DNA of 48,545 nucleotides from Seison nebaliae (Eukaryota): NCBI GenBank assembly GCA_023231475.1, contig JALJEE010001426.1, positions 62,001 to 110,545 of the forward strand, read 5' to 3'. Shown piece by piece: positions 39,378 to 48,545 of this stretch (position 1 is its first letter; each line of letters starts with the position of its first letter). The notes under the pieces were generated by a model. It saw only the letters and a program-made list of their open reading frames with translations, ran no database searches and was not told where the DNA came from. The position numbers and the translations under genes were made by a program.

Positions 39378-42007
39378 TCATCCATAATGACACGTGAATA
39401 CCAGAAATCTTTCATGCGAAAGAAGATATTTTATTCTTTTTTCACATAAATATTCAATAAACTTTCCTATTTGAATTTTTAGAATAGAAATTAATGATAT
39501 AATCGTCTCAATGTTCCATAAAGCTTTTTGTCGATGTTTTACGCGTAGAATGAATTGTGAAATCATTAATGGACCTGATTCATTTAGTGGTGGAAGATAT
39601 TTCGTGAAATACGTCCTCAACATCAGTCGACATTGTTGTCGTTTGGAAAGGAAAATTTTCAAGTTGTCGATGAGGAAAATTGTATAAAGTAGTTGGAACA
39701 AGAATAATTCCATCGAATAAAAATCAGATAAAGATGATTGGTATCGTGGAAGATTTAATGGAAATTTTGGACAATTGGAATAATTAGATGAATTTTCAAT
39801 TCTCCTAAAATTCTCGTCGTTTAAAAAGAAGATGGTAAGTCCGATTGAATTCGATTGTCTTCCATTGATTTGAATGATTAATTGAAAAAAGTTGTAGATT
39901 TTCTTCCAAATATTATCAGAATAATAACATAACGAATAAATGGTAGAATTGGTGGGTGGTGTAAAATTGAACGAGTTTTTGATTAATGAAAAAATTTGGA
40001 ATGAATTGAGAAGAATTGTTGTAAGAAGAAGATAATAATATTCTAAATTATTCTTATAGTTCACACAGATGTTGAATATCTTGCAATGCACAATCGGAAT
40101 AGTCGAACATCTCTTACAAACCACACAATGTTCAACCATTTTTGAATTTTTCCATAACTTTAACGATTTCAGTATTTTATTTTATGAAAAAAAAAACACC
40201 TACTAACCGAACAAAATGAACAATAATTGACATTGTGACTATTTGGAAGTTTTCTTATGTTCTTCCATTGAAGAATTGGTGAGTCTTGCTGATTCTCCCA
40301 ACGATGTTTGAATATTTGATGAAAACAATAAATTAGAGAAATGTTGTATAAGAAGAGTAAGAAGTAATGGTAATTCTGCCATATGACGATTGACGAAATG
40401 AAATAATTATAAATAAACAGACTTAATTGTAACGTTGTTGGAGTTTGATGGATTTGATTGACAAAATTCTTATTTTGTAATCTCCAAAAATAAATTTGCC
40501 AATGGATTATGAAGATGATGAGTGAGAATAGGAAAATTTGAAATTTAAATAAATTGAAAAATATTTGAAAATACTCCAACAATTCCAATAGATAATATGA
40601 TGTTATGAATAATATTATTGAGGATAATAATTGTACCATTACGGGTAGTAGAAAGAGTAGAGCATTGAGCACCATACACATATCGGACGCATAAGGTGAA
40701 AACATCAAATAGTCAAGTATAAACAATTTGCCTAACCAATTATATATATTTCTGCCTCTCCTATTATCAGAACGCCAAAGAGAAAAACAAAAGAGAATTT
40801 AATTGTAAGAGCAAGCAATAAAAACTTCGATATGTTCTTCCCCAAATTTTCGGTTGACTTAGCAGCCAAAACTAATTTTCTCGATTTACTCTCTAACTTA
40901 TTATTATTATTGGTCTTGAATTGTGATGAATGTTCCTGAACTTCAGGTATTTGTCGTTGAATTGTCCGCAAGAATATCGGATCTTCCATCATGGGAAACA
41001 TTTCACTTTCGGTCGATTCTTCTGGCCTTTTTTCTAATTTCGATATTTTGTCAAAATAATTCTCGAAATATTGTTGAAAAGGAAAGTTTGGAAGACTTTT
41101 TGCCTTATTCCCATAAAGTGATTGATAATGATTTAGTAATTGTTTGTATGTATTTCCATTGTCATCCTTCTCGTTTACAACAATCCATAGAAGAGGACAA
41201 ATGTCATTGAAAACTGTTGAGGAATTACCGAAAAGACTTTCAAATAAACTATTATAATCCAATTTCTTCATATTGATTCCTAAATTTTTCATTAGATGAT
41301 CCATGTACCATTTGATGAGAAGAATAAGAATATCCAAATTTCCCGTTTGAGTTGTAAGGAAAATTAAGGAATTGTTATTCGGTTTAAATATTTTTAAAAA
41401 TTTGATTTCTTTCTGATAAGTTTTAATTTTATCCACCTCTTTCTTCTTCAAACTTTCGAATCCATCCATATTCTGCAAATTGATGACGCATTTTATCTTC
41501 AAATTAAGTTTTTATAATTTCCTTCCAATTCTCAATAGACAAAAGAAACTTTTCTTAATAAAAAATTTACAAATTCATATTTATTCATCCGAATTGCCAA
41601 TTCCAATGGAGTTCTACCATAAGCATCCTCTTCATTCAGTTCAACGTTGAAATTATTTATCAAAATTTCCGCAATTCCACTTTATGAACAAAAAATTATC
41701 AGTGAAAAATATTTATGAATCTTTATGAAAAATATCTACAGATATATTATCAAATTATCAAAAATTATTCTAACATTTTTTCATATATTACACAATAATG
41801 AATAATATTACTCAACACATATTTTTTCGTAATTAATTCACCTAATTTCTTGTTATCCGTCACATGTTCATAAAATTGAATTGGTTGTAAGTTTTTAATG
41901 AAATGTTTTATTTTTATTTCATATTCATTCATCTTTTTCAAAGTTACATAATTTCTAGCAATTATATTGATTAACTTTATTGATCTCCATATTTTTAGTA
42001 CTTTCAT
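39378..42007 (-). CDS. Ankyrin-repeat DHHC palmitoyltransferase-like protein (ZDHHC13/17, Akr1 architecture), degenerate active-site motif. Introns 41680-41774, 41497-41549, 40761-40825, 40158-40207
   Basis: Ankyrin motif EDAYGRTPLELAIRMNKYEFVNFLL; several TM helices; spliced Cys-rich domain YCSFCS|LWKNSKMVEHCVVCKRCSTIPIVHCKIFNICVNYKN aligns to the DHHC-CRD consensus. Confidence 0.75.
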
Positions 42008-42659
42008 CTGTTACCAGGGTAACTCATAACTTGGAAAATAAGAAGAAATTTTTTATAATTTATCCAAATTTCCTAACGGTTTAAATTTTAGCTTAATTTT
42101 CCCAGTGACCGTTATCTCATGTCGACGTTATTTTCATTCCCTTCCACAGACACAAAAGAAGATTTCACCTTCATTTTTTTCCATAAATTTCCGTTACTTA
42201 CTCACTGATTCCTTCTTTTATTTTTTGTTGTTAGTAAACTGAAATTATGTAAAATTTCTGTATTTTTCCTTCTCCCATGAATGAAGAATGAGGTTCTTTC
42301 TTTCAAGTGTCAATTTTTGTTTTTTTCTCAATTCATACATCGTTCTAGTTCTCCTCTCTAACCGTCAGTAATTTGAGTGAATAGTAATGAGATTATCATT
42401 CTGAACGGTATAAAGTAGACTCATCCTCTATCATGAATGAATGAATAAAAGAAAGAAAGAAAGTAAGTAAGTTGCTTATTAAATAATTGAATGAAATAAT
42501 TGAGAAATGTTATTGAATAAATTTACAATTCATTTCATCATTAAAAAAAAGAACGTAATAATTTATTCAATTTCTCTTCTTTAATGAAAAGTAATTTTAT
42601 TAAATTAATTAATATTAAATTAACATAGAATTAATTAATTTAATTAGTTTATCAATAAA

Positions 42660-43802
42660 ATGATTAGTCTTCAACAAATTGATAAAAAAGATATTTCACT
42701 TCCAGTTGAGTTGCATGAAGGTGAGGGATGGTCTACTCTCAACGAGAGATGGAAAGTAATCGAATTAAATAAAAGTTCATCGGAAACGTTACCAGTTTAT
42801 AGAATTGCACCTAAGAAAAAACTGAGGGCGAATCTATATCGACAACCGGTGAAAATTGATGATCGAAGTTCAACTTTTTCTGTTACTTCTTCAACATCGA
42901 CAGAAACTCCCAATTGTTCCTCAATTTCTATAATATCGTCGAACGATTCAATAATTCCAAATATGAATTCGAATGCAAGATTGAAGAGTAACGCTTCAGA
43001 CTGTCAAAAAATCGATGAGAACTTCCAATATAAGAAAAATAATAAGTTGACGCATTTCAAAGCGATCGATTTGGTCAATCCTGTGATTCAAATGGATTCA
43101 TTGAAATCACATAAACTCCCACCAAATAATTTCAAATCGATATCTGATGAAGATATTATTAACAATAAGAATATTTATAACATTCAACCGAAATCCTTAT
43201 CGAGAGATTCGACGACTGGTGAAAGTACATTCGTACCAAATGATCATTTGAAACAAAGTATTTTCTCATCATGGTCCAATTCGTATGAAATAACAGCAAA
43301 TAAAACTTCTCAGTTATCGTCGTCAAAGTTTCTTCATAAATTCTCCCTTATCATTCATTCATTTATTCATAAAAATTAGACAGGAGAAACTCAAATTATT
43401 CTGCCATCAAACATTCTCTTCCACTTCACAATTCACAAAGAGATACTACATCGCGTCGAAAGTTTTAGTAGAACGTTTCCAAATATTCGTCATGAATCTT
43501 CTCCGACTAAAATTCACTGAATTGAGGAATCAAGAATATCTCCAAAGGAAATTGAATCATCAAGCAATAATTGAACACAAACTAACAAGTTTGTGACAAT
43601 TTCTATTCTTCAAATAATTTTTTTCTTATCAAATAACTTTGTAGTGGATTATCATCGCAATCGATTTGTAAAGAATAATCTTCAACCGATCGTTAGTCGA
43701 ACGAAAGCGAAGATATCGAAAAGCAGTGAAACAATTAAATTGAAAGTTAATCGATCAATGTGTACTTGTGCACAACGAGTTGTGAACAAATTACAAAAAT
43801 GA
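42660..43802 (+). CDS. Uncharacterised Ser-rich protein. Introns 43328-43379, 43589-43644
   Basis: Two phase-consistent GTT..AG introns (52 and 56 nt) give a continuous ORF ending ...NKLQK*. Confidence 0.65.
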
Positions 43803-44478
43803 ATGGAACCGAATTTAAACAGTGAAAAGAAAATGTGCAAAATGTTTTGTCCATCCATAATTTATTTAATATATATTAAAATCTCATATTTTCCATTTTT
43901 TTCATTTTCTTTTCGATTCTCTTTCTCTTTATTCGATCTATATCTTATTCGATCTATATACATATATATCGATCTCACCATAGTCATTGTTTCATCAGTT
44001 CTACAATGATCATTTACATCTTTAGGCGACATACATTACTATCAGATTAATTTACATTTATTCAATTTGTATCAAAACAAATTCTCACAATAATTTATTC
44101 TTAAAATAAAGTTTATCGAGCATATATTTCGTTATCAACATTCTGTTCATTAAAACCAATTTAACCCAATCTCATTAAAATGTTCACATGAAATTTGTAA
44201 TAAAACTAGACGATAATCATTATTATTTTCTAATTGACGTCCTTCGTTATAAAATTATCATAATAATAAAAAGATTTACGTTCTTTTTCTTCTTCTCGTG
44301 ATTGATTGAATGAATATGACGTTTCGAATCCTTTCTTACTTATTCGAGGTCACACTCAGATAAATAATTGTTAAACTAGTTTTCTTTTAACTTCGTACTT
44401 TCTCCTATTGAATCATTTGATAAAAAAACATCAAGTATTCCTTTCAAGACAATTTCTTTTATTAACTGAAGGACAATT

Positions 44479-46158
44479 ATGGATTATGTACAGAATCTTG
44501 CCAATTCCTCCACAAATTGTTAGTTGAACTTGTTTGAGCATTTTTACTGTATAATTGTTTCGTTTTTTTCATTATTTCAGGTTATGAATTAGAACATCAA
44601 ATTAACAGAGTAAAGAAAGGGTTGTTTGATAAGAGAAGCGATGAATCTACTACGAAGAATATTGGTACATTGGATATTAATAATGAACTAAATTACAGTG
44701 CTTCTTGTCAAGAGAATTATTATGAATCAAAAAATTCTTCAGAGTCATCTGAATCAATCATCATCCAAAGTCATGTTCCTATTCCAACTGGTTATTCGAA
44801 TGATAATGCTGAAAAGACAATTCATCCCGACATCGCTTGTTTATTAGAAGAATATGATTATGGTTTTTTTTCTTCTTCACTGAAAGAATGATGAGAACAA
44901 TTTGTTAAGAGTATAAGAATAGAAGATTAACGGAAAAGAAAGAAACGCAGGATAAAAAGAAACGAAGTCAAAAACCGAAAATTTTGATAGATGAGAATGA
45001 AGAAGTCAAATTTGATCCACCAGAAAATCTGAGGAAATTAGAAACGATTCATGCCAAATTATTCGATCGCAATAATGGAAATTCAAAAAATGATTTTGGT
45101 TCGTTTAAATTTCAATTAATGATTAAATATATTAAACTATTAACATGAAATATGAACTCCTTAATCCTACTAACACTAAATTTCATTTTATAAACAATTA
45201 TAAATTTAATTATGCTTCAAATTGTTGTTATCATGTTATTTTTCTTCTTTTCATTTTTTTCCTTCAATCGCTTCATTTATAGTTATTATGTACTGCAGAT
45301 AAAAAGAAAACGATTTATGTCCATGTGGGAATTGGAGGATTTGCTAGAGTGGAAGAACTTCCTCCATCTTCTCCCAGAATTTCTATGTCTGAAACGAATT
45401 CAACATTCAAAACTGGAAAATTTGGAGATGACGCAGGTTTCTACGTCGACAAGAAAGATTTCTTCATTGCTGGTTTTCATCCTGACATAAATTCGTTTTT
45501 AATTAAATAATCTCCTTCACTTTTAGCGGTGGCTGATGGAGCTGGTGGTAACCGTGCATATGGTCATGATCCAAAGATATTTTCGGAAACATTAATGAGA
45601 GAATGTCATCGACAAAGTCAAAGTATTCATTTCAAGATAGGAGATTATAAACATATCATATTTGATGCTCTTCAAATTGTGCAAGACAAAAATGTGTTTG
45701 GCAGTTGTACTATTTGTTTTGTGGCTTTCGATAAAGTGAAACGTTTATTACACGTTATCAATATTGGTGATACAACTTGTATTGTTTGGAGAAATGGAAA
45801 AGTAGCACATAGTAGTTGTGTCCAATTACATAATGAAGATTGTCCGAATCAATTAACCGTCTATCCATGGACAGAAGAAAATTGGGGTCGTGAAATTTTG
45901 AATAGTGGCGAATTAGGAGAATTATCCGATGTTTTTCATACTTTTCAAATTAAATTGAACGATGTTATCTTACTGGGATCAGATGGAGTATTTGGTAATC
46001 TGTCATTGAAGGAATTGACAGATATCGTAGGAAAGACTCCATCGAAAAATCTATCATCCAAAACTACAGCAAGATTGGTAGCTGAAGAATGCTTCAACAA
46101 ACGAAAGAAAGTTGACGATATTCTCTGCATTTGTTGTCGTTTTACTCATCTCACATAA
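44479..46158 (+). CDS. PPTC7: PP2C-family phosphatase, PTC7/PPTC7-like. Catalytic exons 45299-45472 and 45527-46158; probable N-terminal exons 44479-44518, 44581-44862, 44910-45098
   Basis: FGDDAGF, AVADGAGG, GSCTIC, NIGD, CPNQL, DVILLGSDGVFGNL and KVDDI match PTC7 motifs. The 5' model is less certain; an alternative uses ATG 45145 with intron 45235-45282. Confidence 0.8.
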
Positions 46159-46534
46159 ACATATGAAATCATGAAACATTAAACAAACATCTGAAAAAAG
46201 CATTATGGAGATATTTCACAGAATTTCATTCCGATTTTTAGTTATCGAGAAAATTTTCAAAAAATCCCTAATTTGTTTAACAATCAAAAGAATAAATAAA
46301 TAAACTTTTTTAGTTTTATCTTTCATCTCAACTTGAGAGAACAAGTGCTAAACCGTAGTGTAGACATAGACGTAGGCGATTTAAAATTTATTTGAAATAT
46401 CATTTTTTCAGGAAGAAACTCCTCAATGTCTAAATAAACAGATGCCGATTAGCACATGAATAAGAAGAATGGAAAAGTTTTCTATTAAAATTGAGAAGAT
46501 TTTTGAATATTTTTATTCTTCTCAATTTGGACAG

Positions 46535-47026
46535 ATGAATTTCAAACTATTATTTGTTTTTGTATCAGCTCTTTTTGCTCAATCTTTAGCAAAAAATAAC
46601 GAATGTACCACTAATGATGATTGCGGACATAATGGTTGTTGCGTAAAGAACTACAGCCCATTCATTATGAGTAAACGAGATTTGGGTATGGGACTCAAAC
46701 CATGGGACTCAATGGTGCATAGTTAGTATTCTCATTTGGGAATTTATATAGAAACTATTTCACATTAAGATATCTGTGGTCATTTCATATTGGAGAATCA
46801 AAATTGTAAATATTTAGGAATGTGGTCTTGCGGATGTGAACCAGGAACTAAATGTCAAAAAACTGCAGACGATCCCAATTTTGTTCTCGCTGACCCTAAC
46901 GTAAAAGTTATTCTTGAAAAATACATTTCATGAAAATTTATAAACATTTCACAGCCGTTGAGAAATCGTCGTATGATGGCATATCGACCAGGAACATGGC
47001 AATGCGTTAAACAAGCAAGTGTTTAA
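46535..47026 (+). CDS. Secreted 10-Cys prokineticin/astakine/colipase-fold-like peptide precursor. Introns 46722-46769 and 46907 (or 46901)-46954
   Basis: Signal peptide MNFKLLFVFVSALFAQSLA; spliced Cys frame C-x5-C-x4-CC...C-x9-C-x7-CGC-x5-C...C. Confidence 0.8.
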
Positions 47027-47107
47027 ACAAATTTGCTATTGATAAAAATTAAGAAAAAATTTTGAAAAATTTTATAAAAATATTTAGAAAATTTTAGAAA
47101 AAATAAA

Positions 47108-48194
47108 TTAAATGAGTAATTTCGTTCCTTTACTTTCGATTATGATACGAACATCCATCGGGATTTGTGTGAAGTTTCCTAATTTTTCATTCTTCTCCAT
47201 ATAATCACAAAGATCATCCCAATCGACGTTGATGAGATAATGTCCTTGTACAATATCGGTTTGGTTCAACGAATAATTGGAAGTTGAAATTGGATTCTCA
47301 TTATGAACTAAACCAAAATCGATGAGAACCACTAATGATAAATTTACATGAGATATAAGTATGTCTTGAAGAGTACTGGTGGAGAAGGATGATTGATCTT
47401 TCCAATGTTTCTTTTCGAATATTTCAATTATCTAGAAATGGGAAATTAAATAAGAATTTCTTTTTTGAAGGAATGAAACTTGTTCATATGTGATATAATC
47501 GATAATTTTATGATTTTTATTTTTGATAAATTCTTTATAATTCAATGAATATATGTTCAACATATAAACGAGAAGACGAAATTGTATTTGATTGAGTCGT
47601 GCTAACGAGTCTTGAATGAATGACATTCCATTATCTTGTTCTTGTTCCATAGAATTATCTCTTGTTCTCCATGTACTTTCTAACGACAATTGAGTAAATC
47701 GACTTAATACTCTCTTCTCTAAATGTTCAGTGAAGTCAACTTGTTCTGTGAATGCTAAAAAAGAAATTGAATGAAAATAATCAAATAATATGAAAACCGA
47801 TAACAACACGTTGAGTTTCATCATTATCTTCCATGAGAATATAATTGAGAAGGTTATAAAGATTTGACTGATTTTTTATCGTTTGTACATAATAAAAAAT
47901 ATCTGGGAACATATAAAGAATAATTCTCTTCTTATTCTCAATATTTCCTTTTAACATCTCATTCTCCACCTCCTTGATCTGACAAGATTTATTTATTAAA
48001 CTATTCCATTTATCATCATCGTTTGTCGTGATATCGATACAGGAATAATTTTTCGAATTCTTCTCCAAATAATTCATGACGTCTTCCTTGTTCTGTTTGA
48101 CATTACCGTAAAGGGTGAGAACGAATGAATTTCCATTTCCGTCTAAAATGGTATTTAGACAATTTGAAATTTTCGAAGGAATTGTATTTGTCAT
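47108..48194 (-). CDS. ORC4: Origin recognition complex subunit 4, divergent and shortened (331 aa). Introns 47755-47797, 47432-47479
   Basis: NQSNLYNLL (cf. NQTLLYNLF), HLEKRVLSRF (cf. LLEKRVKSRF), GNGNSFVL (cf. GESNSVL), winged-helix segment and terminal PMDVR (cf. PTDVR). Confidence 0.8.
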
Positions 48195-48338
48195 TTTATA
48201 AAAATTTAATTATTATTTTCAAATGATTGCCAAATAGTTAAATATATTAATTTCTTATTCTGTTTTTGTTCGTTATTTTTCATAAACTAATTTCTTTACT
48301 TCTTTTCTTTATTATATAGATATATGTAGGAAATGGTA

Positions 48339-48545
48339 TTTTTTTTTTTTTTTTTTTTTTATTAATACAACAAATCCCCGCGGGGTAAATTATAAAGGAA
48401 ACGAGATAACTCATCAGATGAGTTATTGGAAATAAGTGATTTGCCCTGATCCACGTAAGTACGTAAAGAGTCAGGAATGAAGGAATCGATATTAAAGTTG
48501 TTGATCATAGAGCGGGCGGTCTCCAGAGAAGTAGGTACCGTTAAT
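48339..48545 (-). mobile_element. 3' end of a poly(A)-tailed retro-copy (non-LTR retrotransposon or processed gene), running off the window edge
   Basis: 22-nt T run at 48339-48360; abrupt GC rise beyond it; minus-strand frame open from the window edge (LTVPTSLETARS...PRGDLLY) to TAA at 48364-48362, one base before the A tract. Confidence 0.6.

Noticed and set aside
1..48545. Non-standard genetic code or stop readthrough as the cause of fragmented ORFs; prokaryotic systems (CRISPR, operons)
   Set aside because: Every break in the host genes is resolved by a short GT-AG intron under the standard code; no repeat-spacer array or bacterial gene organisation seen.

Overview
AT-rich, gene-dense nuclear DNA of an animal (probably a small spiralian; inference), standard genetic code, with genes split by very short introns (mostly 43-66 nt). 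Exon structures were rebuilt by hand. Left to right: an SLC4 Na+-coupled bicarbonate transporter with two candidate cassette exons; a small secreted C-type-lectin-like protein; an intronless HHxxxDG condensation/acyltransferase; Su(H)/CSL; a disordered protein rich in Tyr motifs; a Tc1 transposase remnant beside tRNA-Glu(TTC); an Ig-domain protein with 5 predicted TM helices; an acidic unknown protein converging on a CDKL kinase; a ~1020-aa Pax6 with ~5.4 kb of upstream non-coding DNA; an ankyrin-DHHC protein with a degenerate IVHC motif; an unknown gene; a PTC7-type PP2C phosphatase; a prokineticin/astakine-like 10-Cys peptide; a shortened ORC4; and the poly(A)-tailed 3' end of a probable retroelement. 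The most striking window-wide signal is splicing: 41 of 47 reconstructed introns start GTT (T at +3) and none starts GTAAG, which points to an atypical 5' splice-site code.
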